From a virus, in the IMG/VR virus record IMGVR_UViG_3300038701_002640, positions 1 through 56,712 of that record: 56,712 nucleotides of DNA; one strand, given 5' to 3'. Made by a program: the position numbers and the translations under genes. The notes under the pieces are model-generated. The model was not told where the DNA came from. It ran no database searches and was given only the letters and a program-made list of their open reading frames with translations. Each line of letters opens with the position of its first letter. Position 1 is the first letter of the stretch. Positions 13,628-24,090 of this stretch are shown here, piece after piece.

Positions 13628-15568
13628 ATGGCTTCATACGACGATCCCTACTCAGGCAATATAGTAAAAAACGGAATCCACTGGTGGAAATCTCCAGAAG
13701 GAACAATCCACGAAAACGTCTTCGCATATGTTGGTCACCTAGATAGAGATCAAAGCTACAAATCCTCAGATAACCTAAGATACATGAGACTCTACGGTAA
13801 CTACGAAATGCTAGGACTAGACAGTTACTCCTACACAAGAGTAGAATCATCAACAAACGTATCCCACAGGGTAACATTAAATGTTGTCCAGTCTATAATC
13901 GATACAGTTATTTCAAAACTGGCAAAAAACAAACCTAAACCAACATTCCTAACTGACGGCGGAGACTGGTCCCTACAACGAAGAGCCAAGAAACTCACAA
14001 AATTCTGTGAAGGAATCTTTAACTCTACTGAACTATATAAGATTTCACTAGAAGCTATGAAAGATGCCTGCATCTTCGGAACTGGCGCAGTAAAAATATT
14101 CAAAGAAAACGGAAACATCAAAGCTGAAAGAGTGTTCATCGAAGAAATCAAAGTTGACGATAGAGAAGCCTACTATTCCAAGCCTAGACAAATACACCAA
14201 GTAAAATATGTTCACCAAGACATTCTAAAAGAGATGTTTCCTAAAGCAAAATTCGAAATAGAACAAGTAAATAGCTCAGCCAACGACATGACCGCCTCAT
14301 CCCAAGCTCACTTAGAAAACATGGTCAAAGTAGTAGAATCATGGCATCTTCCATCTGGAAAGACTAAAGATAAAAACGGAAAACCAATAAAGCATGACGG
14401 AACACACACAATATGCATCAATAACAAAACATTATTCACAGAACCATATGAAAAACAATATTTCCCATTTGTATTCTTCAAGTGGAACGAAAAACCAATA
14501 GGATTCTGGGGTCTAGGACTATCTGAACAACTTCAAGGACTTCAATTAGAAATAAATAAAATCCTAAGAACTATACAAGTATCAATGCACCTATGCTCCA
14601 TACCTAAACTTTTAGTAGAAGCATCCTCTAAAGTAGTAACAGCTCACTTAAACAATAAAATTGGTGGAATCATCAAATACGCCGGCACACCGCCAAAATA
14701 TGAACCGCTCGGAGGAGTACCATCGGAATTATTTACTCACTTAGACCGACTATATGAACGAGCCTACGAAATATCAGGCGTTTCTCAACTAGCCGCCCAA
14801 TCTCAAAAACCAGGCGGATTAGATTCAGGTAAAGCCCTTAGAGAGTTCAACGACATTGAATCAGAAAGATTTATGGAAGTCGGACAAAGATACGAAAGAG
14901 CCTTCATGGATGCTGCAACCATAATGGTAGACATCGCTAGAGATATTTACAAATCAGACGAAGAATTTAAAGTACAAGTAAAAGGTAGAAAATTTATAGA
15001 AACCATCGACTGGTCAGAAGTAGACATGGAAGACGATAAATTCCTAATGGACATATTCCCTACCTCAGCTCTTTCAAATACTCCAGCTGGTAGACTACAA
15101 GACGTTCAAGATCTTCTCAGCGCAGGGTTCATATCTAAAGAAGACGGAATGAAACTACTTGATTTCCCAGACTTAGAATCCACCATGAGTCTACTAAACG
15201 CCGGTTTAGAAGATATAGAGAAACAAATCGAACTCATGGTAGAAAAAGGTGAATATCAAACTCCAGAACCTTATCAAAACCTAGAAATGGGAATCAAAAA
15301 ATGTCAACAGGCATACCTAAAATACAAAGCTGAAAACGCTCCAGATTCTAGATTAGAACTCTTAAGACGCTGGATGGAAGACGCTCAGAGTTTACTAACA
15401 AAAGCCGCCGAAGGCACCATGGCACCACCACCAATGCCTCAACAATCTGTACCACAGTCAAACGCTACACCAAACGACAGAGCAACCATGGTTCAACAAG
15501 AGCAGCTTGACGCCTTAGAGCAAACAAACCCTGCAGTAGCTCAAGATATACAAGATCCGCAAGGATAA
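13628..15568 (+). CDS. Portal protein
   Basis: 646-aa ORF immediately after terL and before the scaffold and capsid genes. The call rests on size and synteny. Confidence 0.7.
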   Translation: MASYDDPYSGNIVKNGIHWWKSPEGTIHENVFAYVGHLDRDQSYKSSDNLRYMRLYGNYEMLGLDSYSYTRVESSTNVSHRVTLNVVQSIIDTVISKLAKNKPKPTFLTDGGDWSLQRRAKKLTKFCEGIFNSTELYKISLEAMKDACIFGTGAVKIFKENGNIKAERVFIEEIKVDDREAYYSKPRQIHQVKYVHQDILKEMFPKAKFEIEQVNSSANDMTASSQAHLENMVKVVESWHLPSGKTKDKNGKPIKHDGTHTICINNKTLFTEPYEKQYFPFVFFKWNEKPIGFWGLGLSEQLQGLQLEINKILRTIQVSMHLCSIPKLLVEASSKVVTAHLNNKIGGIIKYAGTPPKYEPLGGVPSELFTHLDRLYERAYEISGVSQLAAQSQKPGGLDSGKALREFNDIESERFMEVGQRYERAFMDAATIMVDIARDIYKSDEEFKVQVKGRKFIETIDWSEVDMEDDKFLMDIFPTSALSNTPAGRLQDVQDLLSAGFISKEDGMKLLDFPDLESTMSLLNAGLEDIEKQIELMVEKGEYQTPEPYQNLEMGIKKCQQAYLKYKAENAPDSRLELLRRWMEDAQSLLTKAAEGTMAPPPMPQQSVPQSNATPNDRATMVQQEQLDALEQTNPAVAQDIQDPQG

Positions 15569-15634
15569 CAATATAACCACTATGCTTTAACACAAAGCTG
15601 GGCACCGCCCAAACTAGCAATTTAAGGAGAACCC

Positions 15635-16603
15635 ATGTCAGAAAACTCACACGATTACCAAGCTTCAGCCGCCGACGTTCCAGTTGAACAAGTATCCACC
15701 CAGGACGTATCTACCGCTTTTGATGAGAAACTATTCACAGACCAAAAAGAACTTCACCAAGAGTCCGGAGACATTGAAAAACAAGAACTTGCAGATCTCC
15801 AAGAGGCTCCAGAAGAAGAAGCCAAAGAATCTGATGAATTTAGTTCCAAGTTCGCTGCCCTTAGTAGAAAAGAAAAAGCTATCAGAGACAGAGAAAGACA
15901 AGTAGAACTAAAAATCAGAGAATTTGAAGAGAAAATGCAATCATTTCAACAACCTGAAGAAGAAGAACCAACGGAAAAAGAACCACCATTGGAATACAGA
16001 CTTAGAAAAGACCCTATTAAAACATTAGAATCTCTAGGACTCTCATATAAGGATTTAACAGATATAGTTTTAAACGACGGAGATCTTCCTCAAGATATGA
16101 GAATGAAACTCATGAGAGAAGAACTAGAGTCAGATTATAAGACAAGATTCGAACAATTAGAACAAAAACTACTAGATAAAGAAAAAGCAGAAGAAGAAGC
16201 CAATTATAACCAAACAATTAGCAATTTTAAAAATGACATCAATGAATTTGTAAACGGTAGCGAAGAATACGAACTAATCCAAGCCAACGATGCGTATGAC
16301 CTTGTTTATGATGTAATTGAATCTCATTACGAAGAATCCGGGCGGATACTGGAAACAGAAAATGCAGCCGCCCAAGTAGAGCAATACTTAGAAGAGGAAC
16401 TCAAGAAGGTTCTAAAGAAGTCTAAAAAAATTGGATCATGGAGACCCGAAGCTACAAAGCGAGTAGCTGAAACACCCAGTAGACAATCGCCAACACTGTC
16501 TAACTCCTTATCAGCTGAGGGAGCATCGAAAGCAGCTGCACCAGAGTTATCTAGAGAACAATCACTTCACAACGCAGCATCGCTGATAAGGTGGGAAGAT
16601 TAA
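15635..16603 (+). CDS. Scaffolding protein (acidic, coiled-coil)
   Basis: Highly charged E/K/Q-rich sequence located between portal and major capsid genes. Confidence 0.6.
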   Translation: MSENSHDYQASAADVPVEQVSTQDVSTAFDEKLFTDQKELHQESGDIEKQELADLQEAPEEEAKESDEFSSKFAALSRKEKAIRDRERQVELKIREFEEKMQSFQQPEEEEPTEKEPPLEYRLRKDPIKTLESLGLSYKDLTDIVLNDGDLPQDMRMKLMREELESDYKTRFEQLEQKLLDKEKAEEEANYNQTISNFKNDINEFVNGSEEYELIQANDAYDLVYDVIESHYEESGRILETENAAAQVEQYLEEELKKVLKKSKKIGSWRPEATKRVAETPSRQSPTLSNSLSAEGASKAAAPELSREQSLHNAASLIRWED

Positions 16604-16655
16604 GACCAAAAAACAATTATTTAAAACAACTTAACATCTTAAAAAGGATAAAAAA

Positions 16656-17861
16656 ATGTCACTAGATTTAACTTCATTCAGTAGCGCTCTTAAGCAGCAT
16701 TACACAAATGACCGTGTAGAAAACATGGTTTACAGAGACAACCCATTATTTGCTATGCTTCCTAAGTATGAGCAATTCGGTGGTGAAAACCTCAAACTAC
16801 CAATCAAATTTGGTATTCCTCAAGGTCGATCAGCTACTTTCAGTACTGCTCAGGCTAACAAGACTAACTCTCAGTACAAAGCTTTCTTACTTACAAGAAG
16901 CAAAGACTACTCACTAGCTTCTATCGACAACGAAACTATCGAAGCTTCTAAAGGTAACAGCAACGCATTCTTTGAAGCTGCTACTTCAGAAATCGACGGT
17001 GCTATCGAAGCTGCCACTAGATCACTAGCTATCGACCTTTACGGTAATGGTTCAGGTTCTAGAGGACAATCAACAGGATCTTCTACAGGTACTTCAATTA
17101 CTCTTAAGTCAGTTGAAGACGTTACTAACTTTGAAGTTGGAATGGAATTAGTATTCTCAACTGCAGAAGGTGGCGGAGCTGTTAAATCAGGAAAAGTTTC
17201 AGTTAACGGTGTTGACAGAGACCTCGGTGTTCTTACAGTTGACGCCATGACAGCTATCGACGGTGGAACAGGCGTTGCCGCTGACGACTTTATTTTTCAA
17301 GAAGGTGACTATGACCTTAAGATTTCTGGTCTTAGAGCATGGCTTCCTGAAGTAGCTCCTTCTGGTGCGGATAACTTCTTTGGAGTTAACAGATCTTCAG
17401 ACGTTACTCGTCTTGCTGGTATCAGATTTGACGGTTCAGCTCTTCCAATCGAAGAAGCTCTTGTTGAAGCTGCAGCTCGTGTTGCTAGAGAAGGTGGAAA
17501 GCCTGATTACTGCTTCATGTCTTACACAAAATTTGCAGAACTTGAAAAAGCTCTCGGTGCTAAAGTACAATACGTAGACAAGCATATCAATCCTGAAATC
17601 GGATTTAGAGGAATTAAGATTCACGGACCTCGTGGACCTATCACAGTTATTCCTGATCAAAACTGTCCACAAGACAGAGCTTTCATGCTTTCTATGTCTT
17701 ACTGGAAAATCTACTCTTTAGGAAAATGTCCTAAGATTTTAGACTCTGACGGTCTAAGAATGCTAAGAGAGTCTAACGCTGACGCTGTAGAAGTACGTGT
17801 TGGTTTTTATGCTCAACTTGGTTGTAGAGCTCCAGGTTTTAACGCCACAGTAGCCCTTTAA
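16656..17861 (+). CDS. Major capsid protein
   Basis: 401-aa ORF after the scaffold gene with an AAAGGA RBS, followed by a strong hairpin terminator. The call rests on position, size and composition. Confidence 0.7.
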   Translation: MSLDLTSFSSALKQHYTNDRVENMVYRDNPLFAMLPKYEQFGGENLKLPIKFGIPQGRSATFSTAQANKTNSQYKAFLLTRSKDYSLASIDNETIEASKGNSNAFFEAATSEIDGAIEAATRSLAIDLYGNGSGSRGQSTGSSTGTSITLKSVEDVTNFEVGMELVFSTAEGGGAVKSGKVSVNGVDRDLGVLTVDAMTAIDGGTGVAADDFIFQEGDYDLKISGLRAWLPEVAPSGADNFFGVNRSSDVTRLAGIRFDGSALPIEEALVEAAARVAREGGKPDYCFMSYTKFAELEKALGAKVQYVDKHINPEIGFRGIKIHGPRGPITVIPDQNCPQDRAFMLSMSYWKIYSLGKCPKILDSDGLRMLRESNADAVEVRVGFYAQLGCRAPGFNATVAL

Positions 17862-17868
17862 TAAAATT

Positions 17869-17905
17869 GCCTGGTAAGCTCTGATACAACTTACCAGGCT
17901 CTTAT
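17869..17905 (+). terminator. Hairpin after the capsid gene (10-bp stem)
   Basis: GCCTGGTAAG (17869..17878) pairs with CTTACCAGGC (17890..17899) across an 11-nt loop, followed by TCTTAT. Confidence 0.55.
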
Positions 17906-17920
17906 AACTAAGGAGTTCTC

Positions 17921-18100
17921 ATGGAGAAAAAACCTAAAAAAGGCTTTATTGCACTGCTAAAAAGAAAATTCAATAAGCAGAAGAGAGATAAATCAGACAA
18001 AGAAGGATCTACAGTTCCTGAATGGATGAAGAAACTACCAGACGCTGAAAGAAGAAAAGCAATAGCAGTACATAAAGCAAACAAAAAAAATAAAAAATAA
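17921..18100 (+). CDS. Small highly basic protein (59 aa), below the ORF-track cutoff
   Basis: AAGGAG lies 6 nt upstream of the ATG at 17921. Translation is MEKKPKKGFIALLKRKFNKQKRDKSDKEGSTVPEWMKKLPDAERRKAIAVHKANKKNKK. Confidence 0.5.
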   Translation: MEKKPKKGFIALLKRKFNKQKRDKSDKEGSTVPEWMKKLPDAERRKAIAVHKANKKNKK

Positions 18101-18145
18101 TAATTTGCTCCCCAGATACCCTGGCGAGACTAAAAGGAGTCCACA

Positions 18146-18481
18146 ATGGCTAACCGAAGATTTCAAAGATTACAAGCATTACAAAAAGAAGTTAAAAAAC
18201 TTCACGTTAAAATTTCAACAGACGGATCTGCAGACGTTTCTAGCATCTCTGGTGTTGGTATTTCAAGCGTAGCACACGCAGCTAACGTTTACACAATCAC
18301 ACTAGACGATAAATACAATGACTTCCTAGGAGCATCGGTTATCTCAGGTGTTGCTGCAAACTACAGCATTGACTCAGTAGACGTTCAAAACAAAACAGTA
18401 GCTATCGAAGCTTCAGTAGCTCAAGCTTCTACAGAAATTCTAGTAGAACTAATCCTGAAGAATACTAGCGTTGTTAAATAA
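18146..18481 (+). CDS. Hypothetical virion protein (possible capsid decoration/accessory)
   Basis: ORF track with an AAAGGAG RBS. It is adjacent to the capsid gene. The role is inferred from position only. Confidence 0.5.
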   Translation: MANRRFQRLQALQKEVKKLHVKISTDGSADVSSISGVGISSVAHAANVYTITLDDKYNDFLGASVISGVAANYSIDSVDVQNKTVAIEASVAQASTEILVELILKNTSVVK

Positions 18482-18494
18482 TTAGGAGGACAGC

Positions 18495-18794
18495 ATGCCT
18501 TTACCTCTTAAAGATCGAAAGATCGGAGCCGTAGAATACATCCTTAAAAAGATGAAAGGTTCCGACTCATACGATAAAATGAAAGACGATAACGAGTACG
18601 GATCTGAAAAACTCATGATGAGATCAGAACCAGAATCAGATTATCAAATCGGAATGAAGCAGGCAGTATCAGAAATGATGAGTGCAGTTGAATCAAAAAA
18701 CGCAGAGTCTTTCGAAAAAGGACTTAGAGGATTCATTAGCATGATGCTAGACGCTAACGAAGATGAGAAAAAACTAGAAAAAGAAAACGAATAA
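18495..18794 (+). CDS. Hypothetical acidic protein
   Basis: ORF track with an AGGAGG RBS. Confidence 0.55.
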   Translation: MPLPLKDRKIGAVEYILKKMKGSDSYDKMKDDNEYGSEKLMMRSEPESDYQIGMKQAVSEMMSAVESKNAESFEKGLRGFISMMLDANEDEKKLEKENE

Positions 18795-18800
18795 ACTCAA

Positions 18801-18826
18801 GGGGGCTCCGGCTCCCTTTTGTCGTT
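18801..18826 (+). terminator. Rho-independent terminator
   Basis: GGGGGC-TCCG-GCTCCC hairpin (one G-U pair) followed by TTTTGTCGTTT. Confidence 0.6.
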
Positions 18827-18886
18827 TCAAAGTAAACCAAAGCATACAAAACTTAAAATAACTCCCAAATGTATATTGGAGCTTAC

Positions 18887-19591
18887 ATGGCAAATTTAAC
18901 ATTATCTGAAATAAGACAGCGATGCCGTGAGCGAGCAGACATGAAAGAGTCTAACTTCGTAGAAGACCAAGAACTAACCTTCTACATAAACCAATCTATA
19001 GCAGAACTACATGATATGTTGGTACAATCCTACGGAGCAGACTACTACGTTAAAAGTATAGAATTTCAAACAGTAGGGCAACAAGAAGCCTACGATATAT
19101 CATCAGTAGTTACAGATGAAGATTTTTACAAGCTAAGAGCTATGGACGCTCAGTTAAACGGAGATGACTGGTTCACATTGCAAAGATTTAATTTCAATGA
19201 AAGAAACAGATTTCAACACTCAGGAGTCTGGGACTACCTAGGACTAACCAATGTTCGATACAGACTGGTAGGAGATAAAATTAGATTTGCTCCAGTACCT
19301 GACAGAGACATAACAGTTAGAATGTGGTATGTTCCAAGAGCAGCAACACTAGCTGCAGACACTGACACCTATAATGACTTCAATGGCTGGATAGAATACG
19401 TAATCGTAGACTGTGCCATCAAGATGTTAAGCAAGGAAGAATCAGACGTTTCTGTACTTCTAGCAGAGAAGCAACTGCTAAAAAGAAGAGTAGAAGAAGT
19501 AGCAAACAACAGAGACATCGGTGAGCCAGAAAGCATTCAAGACATCTACGTAGAAAACGACGACTACTTCTACGGAAAGACGAGGTCTTAA
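18887..19591 (+). CDS. Hypothetical virion protein (possible head-tail adaptor)
   Basis: ORF track 18869..19591. The ATG at 18887 (MANLTLSEIRQ) has a GGAG RBS. The role is inferred from position only. Confidence 0.5.
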   Translation: MANLTLSEIRQRCRERADMKESNFVEDQELTFYINQSIAELHDMLVQSYGADYYVKSIEFQTVGQQEAYDISSVVTDEDFYKLRAMDAQLNGDDWFTLQRFNFNERNRFQHSGVWDYLGLTNVRYRLVGDKIRFAPVPDRDITVRMWYVPRAATLAADTDTYNDFNGWIEYVIVDCAIKMLSKEESDVSVLLAEKQLLKRRVEEVANNRDIGEPESIQDIYVENDDYFYGKTRS

Positions 19592-19924
19592 ATGGGAGTA
19601 AACTCCGGTTCATTAATAAACTTAAAAAAGGTAGGAACTCAAGATAAAGATCTACAAAAAGTTCAACAAAATGTAGAAAACACAATTGAGCCTATCATAA
19701 GAAAAGAAATAGTAGACGGAGTATTACTAAAAAAAGTATGCCTAGAACCTGGAGTATCGAACGAAGTAAAACACAGTCTAGGTAGAAAACCCCTAGGCTG
19801 GATAGTAGTTAGAAAAAGAGCAGACGCAAGAATATGGGATGTACAAGACTTCAACAATAATCCATCGAAGACTTTATCAATCGCATGCTCACACAGCGTA
19901 ACGGTAGATTTATGGATTTTTTAG
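19592..19924 (+). CDS. Hypothetical virion protein
   Basis: ORF track. The start abuts the previous stop (TAAATG). Confidence 0.5.
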   Translation: MGVNSGSLINLKKVGTQDKDLQKVQQNVENTIEPIIRKEIVDGVLLKKVCLEPGVSNEVKHSLGRKPLGWIVVRKRADARIWDVQDFNNNPSKTLSIACSHSVTVDLWIF

Positions 19925-20070
19925 AAAAACAAAAACTAGAACAAATATTAAAACTAAATGATCATGTAATGCAATTACAAAATAAAGAAATCGAAAGATT
20001 GTCAAAGCTAGTAGATCACCTAGAAGACATTTTAAAATACAAACCAATTTTGATAGATAATAAGGAATAA
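19885..20070 (+). CDS. Small coiled-coil protein (start uncertain: 19885 or 19912)
   Basis: ORF track. It overlaps the upstream gene. Confidence 0.4.
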   Translation: MLTQRNGRFMDFLEKQKLEQILKLNDHVMQLQNKEIERLSKLVDHLEDILKYKPILIDNKE

Positions 20071-20072
20071 TA

Positions 20073-20729
20073 ATGGCAACAACCTTTTTAAACTTAGATC
20101 TGCCTACTGTATCAGTTACCTTAGGACCAACCTGGGCTACTCAAGTTAATGCCGCTTTTGAAACGATCGACTCCCATGATCATACATCAGGAAAAGGTGT
20201 ACAAGTTCCGACAGCAGGTTTAAATATAAATGCAGACTTAGATTTTAACGAATTTGCACTACAAAATGCATCTTACGTCAGCATGGAACAAAGAACCACC
20301 AGTCCATCAGGTAGTACTTTTGCAGCTTCTGTATCAGTATTCAACGGAGATCTATATTACACCAATACTTCCGGTGTAGCAGTTCAAGTAACCTCAGGCG
20401 GAGGAATAGTATCCAATCCTGGCAGCGCTCAGATTTTTGAAACTCAATCCGTAGCCGCTGATCTAGTTATAAACCCAGCAAGCTCATTCGTATACTTAAT
20501 TGTAGACACAACAGCAACAAGAGCAATTACCCTACCAGCAGCAAACGCAGTATCCGCAGGAAGAATCTACATAATCAAAGACTCCTCTGGACAATCGAAC
20601 ACAAACAACATTACACTAAACATTACCGGATCAGACACTATAGACGGAGACTCAGTTCAGACTCTAGATTCAAACCTAGGATCTTGGACAGTTGTAACCG
20701 ATGGTGTAGACAAATGGTACATTTCCTAA
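20073..20729 (+). CDS. Fibre/tail-associated protein sharing a C-terminal domain with 31417..32361
   Basis: C-terminus ITLPAANAVSAGRIYIIKDSSGQSNTNNITLNITGSDTIDGDS...GSWTVVTDGVDKWYIS aligns with VTLPAPSTDVFIRVKDISGNANTNNITVNPNAAETIDGSA...GSVVLVSDGTNWFIF. Confidence 0.55.
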   Translation: MATTFLNLDLPTVSVTLGPTWATQVNAAFETIDSHDHTSGKGVQVPTAGLNINADLDFNEFALQNASYVSMEQRTTSPSGSTFAASVSVFNGDLYYTNTSGVAVQVTSGGGIVSNPGSAQIFETQSVAADLVINPASSFVYLIVDTTATRAITLPAANAVSAGRIYIIKDSSGQSNTNNITLNITGSDTIDGDSVQTLDSNLGSWTVVTDGVDKWYIS

Positions 20730-20741
20730 TAGGAATATATA

Positions 20742-23711
20742 ATGCCTTTAGTAAAAAATAAATTACCAATTCCTTTCTCTCTAGGACTAGAAACTAAATC
20801 TGACGATTCTCAGCTTCAGATAAGTGGAGTAACAGTCTTAGAAAATACTCTATTCGATAATCCCAATAAAGTCATCAAAAGAAACGGATACGACATAGTA
20901 ACTACAAAACTAATAGATAATTCAGAAATAACAGGAGCAAAATTCCTAGCCAACTTTGAAGACGAATTAGGACTGCTAACTAGATCTAATTACTACGCTC
21001 AATCAGACTCTCTTAGCAAGTGGACAAATAAAGGAAATGTATTCACAGCAATTCCTACTACTAAGCCTATTCTAAGAAATTCTCGCCAGCAAAAAAACTT
21101 AGATGTTTTAAACATAGAAAACTTAAGTATTATAACATTTGAAGATTCCGAGGGAATAAAATACTCAGTAGTAGATAACTCAAACAATAACTTTCTCGTC
21201 AGCGACAGTCTTCTTTCTGCCTCAGGAATTAGACCCAGAGTAGCGAATATAGAAAACATAGCTTATATATTCTACATCGACTCAAATGAACTAAAATTTA
21301 GAAAAGTAAACATACTAACACCACAGTCTCCGACAACTGAACAAACTCTAGTCTCCGATGTTGAAACATCTGACAATGTATACGACGTAGTTACAATCTC
21401 AGATAGGATATTTACAGCATATAACTCAACTACTGGCGGCGGTTCTATATCATTGATTTATATAGACTCAGGAGACGTAACTTCCAGTGTATCCAATGTT
21501 GCAGGAGAAGATGCCTCAGTAGCTATTTCAACTAATACAGACGAATCCTCTAGATTTATAGTTTCATACAGTACTGGAACTGAGGTAAAAACACTAGGAT
21601 TCTCTTTTACTCTGGGCGTACAAGTATTACCAACTACGACAATAGAAACGATATCAAACGCAGTAAATCTAAACGTAATAGAATCCACACCAGCTTCTAA
21701 TACATACACAATGTTCTACGAGATTTCAGGAGCCACTGATAAAGAACACTACGTTAAAACTAACACGGTAGATTTAGCAGGTTCCATTGGTACACCCTCA
21801 GTAGTAAAAAGGTCCGTAGGACTAGCATCTAAAAGCTTTATGCACAACGATGAAGTCTATACTATATTAATCCACAGTAGTACATTACAATCTACCTATT
21901 TTACTGTAAACTCATCCGGAACAATAGTTTCCAAAATAAGCAATAACCTCGGCGGACAGCTCATAGACGAAAACGTTCTATCAAAAGTAGAATCAATCTC
22001 AGACGATCAATTCATATTCGTATCACAACTAAAAGGCAGAGCAACCATTGATGACGATCAGTTTTTCAGTCTCCTAGGTGTAAGCTTAACAACTTTAGAC
22101 TTCAACCCCAGTGTAATATTTCAAAACGAAAAACTAGGAGAAAACCTACATATAGCAGGAGGATTCCTTCAACAATATGACGGTAATGAAATAGTAGAAC
22201 ATGGATTTCACGTATTTCCAGAAGACCTTACAACAGGATCAGACGCTACCACTGGCGGATTCATGTCCGATGGTGAATATCAATTTATAGCTGTCTATGC
22301 CTGGACAGACAATAACGGACAATTACATAGATCGGCACCGTCAATAGGTCATACAGTAACCCTAGCAGGCGGTACAAACACACAAGTAGTAGATATAAAT
22401 ATTCCTACTCTCAGATTAACACAAAAAACAGATGTGGTGATAGAAATCTACAGAACGGAAATAGCTGGAACCATATTCTACAAGGAGACTGAAATATCTT
22501 CTCCGCTGTTAAACGATCCAACCGTAGACAGCGTAACCTTTCAATCATCTATATCAGATACTGATCTAATACAAAGAGAAGTACTATACACAACTGGAGG
22601 AGTTCTAGACAACATTGCCGCTCCTAGTTCTACAATTATAGAATCTTTTTCAGACAGAATATTCTTAGCCGGAACAGAAGATCAAAACAAGTTAATATTT
22701 TCAAAAATCCGATTCGAAGGAGCACCAGTAGAGTTCTCTGACATCTTGTCAATTGCAGTAAACTCCAGAGGCGGCAAAATAACTGCACTAAAGACTATGG
22801 ATGAAAAATTAATAATCTTTAAAGAGTCCGCAGTATACTACCTATCCGGAGATGGTCCGAACAACCTAGGTGAACAAGACACATTCATTAAACCAGAATT
22901 AGTAAGCTCTGACATCGGTTGTATAAACGTAAACAGCGTAGTACTAACTCCAATCGGACTCATGTTCAAATCAAAAAAAGGCATATACCTATTAGAGAGA
23001 AACCTAAACTTAACCTACATCGGTGCCGGCGTAGAAAAATTTAACGATCTAACAGTATCATCGGCAAAAGTACTTTCAGAAGAAAATCAAGTAAGATTTA
23101 CCACCACCACAGGAGACGCACTAGTATATAACTACTTCGTCAGAAAATGGGCATCTTTTCCAAATCACAGAGCCCTAAGCGCTGTAAACATAGGATTCAC
23201 GTATTATTATCTAAGATCAGACGGAATACTTTACAAAGAGAATGAAACAAGTTATACTGATAATGGAAGTCCTATAAACATGAAAGTAACCACAGGTTGG
23301 CTATCCATGGCAGGAGTACAAGGCTTTCAAAGAATATATAAACTATTGTTATTAGGAGAATTTAAATCTCCACATAAAGTCAAATTTAGCATAGCATACG
23401 ACTTTAACGAAGCTTTTGTTCAAGAAGTAGTAGTAGATACAGCGGATTTTAACGATAACTCTCGCTACGGTGACGATTCCCCATACGGAGAACCAACAAC
23501 TAAAGCATACGGTGGAGACGGAAACGTACATCAAATGAGAATAGACTTAAAAAGGCAAAAATGCCAAGCTATAAAAATAAAAATTGAAGAGATTCAATCG
23601 GACCCTGCAAACTTCGGAGAAGGACTATCTATGTCAAATCTCATGATAGAAGTAGGTCAGAAAATTGGAGTCAACAAAATAAGCACAGGACGACAATATG
23701 GAACAGAGTAA
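20742..23711 (+). CDS. Large virion/tail structural protein (989 aa)
   Basis: Largest ORF of the structural module, with beta-rich composition. A tail tube/nozzle-type role is inferred from size and position only. Confidence 0.5.
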   Translation: MPLVKNKLPIPFSLGLETKSDDSQLQISGVTVLENTLFDNPNKVIKRNGYDIVTTKLIDNSEITGAKFLANFEDELGLLTRSNYYAQSDSLSKWTNKGNVFTAIPTTKPILRNSRQQKNLDVLNIENLSIITFEDSEGIKYSVVDNSNNNFLVSDSLLSASGIRPRVANIENIAYIFYIDSNELKFRKVNILTPQSPTTEQTLVSDVETSDNVYDVVTISDRIFTAYNSTTGGGSISLIYIDSGDVTSSVSNVAGEDASVAISTNTDESSRFIVSYSTGTEVKTLGFSFTLGVQVLPTTTIETISNAVNLNVIESTPASNTYTMFYEISGATDKEHYVKTNTVDLAGSIGTPSVVKRSVGLASKSFMHNDEVYTILIHSSTLQSTYFTVNSSGTIVSKISNNLGGQLIDENVLSKVESISDDQFIFVSQLKGRATIDDDQFFSLLGVSLTTLDFNPSVIFQNEKLGENLHIAGGFLQQYDGNEIVEHGFHVFPEDLTTGSDATTGGFMSDGEYQFIAVYAWTDNNGQLHRSAPSIGHTVTLAGGTNTQVVDINIPTLRLTQKTDVVIEIYRTEIAGTIFYKETEISSPLLNDPTVDSVTFQSSISDTDLIQREVLYTTGGVLDNIAAPSSTIIESFSDRIFLAGTEDQNKLIFSKIRFEGAPVEFSDILSIAVNSRGGKITALKTMDEKLIIFKESAVYYLSGDGPNNLGEQDTFIKPELVSSDIGCINVNSVVLTPIGLMFKSKKGIYLLERNLNLTYIGAGVEKFNDLTVSSAKVLSEENQVRFTTTTGDALVYNYFVRKWASFPNHRALSAVNIGFTYYYLRSDGILYKENETSYTDNGSPINMKVTTGWLSMAGVQGFQRIYKLLLLGEFKSPHKVKFSIAYDFNEAFVQEVVVDTADFNDNSRYGDDSPYGEPTTKAYGGDGNVHQMRIDLKRQKCQAIKIKIEEIQSDPANFGEGLSMSNLMIEVGQKIGVNKISTGRQYGTE

Positions 23712-24090
23712 TTACAATTCAGAACTTGATAGCATGTATGCTGCATACAAACAAGAGTTCGAGAATGTTCACACAGTATACGAACCAGGAAGAGGATTTG
23801 CCAATTTCAAGCTAGAAAAAAATCTAGATCAAAGCATTGAAATCTACGTTCAAGAAGTATACGTTAAGCCTCATAAAAGAGGTAAAAAAACCGCTGCAGA
23901 ATTAACAGATTACTGCATAGCAGAAGCAGAACTTATTTACGATAAACCAGTTTCTAAAATATACACAACAGTTGGCATAGGTGGAAACACAGTAGACGCT
24001 AGCTTAAGAGCCATTACAGCATACGGATTTAAGTTATTATCCTCCAATTCAGAACTAATTTATTTTTACAAGGAGATAACCAATGAGTAA
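23698..24090 (+). CDS. Small GNAT-like protein (130 aa) inside the virion module
   Basis: VYVKPHKRGKKTAAELTDY resembles the GNAT motif A (R-x-x-G-x-A). This is a weak, motif-only call. Confidence 0.35.
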   Translation: MEQSNYNSELDSMYAAYKQEFENVHTVYEPGRGFANFKLEKNLDQSIEIYVQEVYVKPHKRGKKTAAELTDYCIAEAELIYDKPVSKIYTTVGIGGNTVDASLRAITAYGFKLLSSNSELIYFYKEITNE

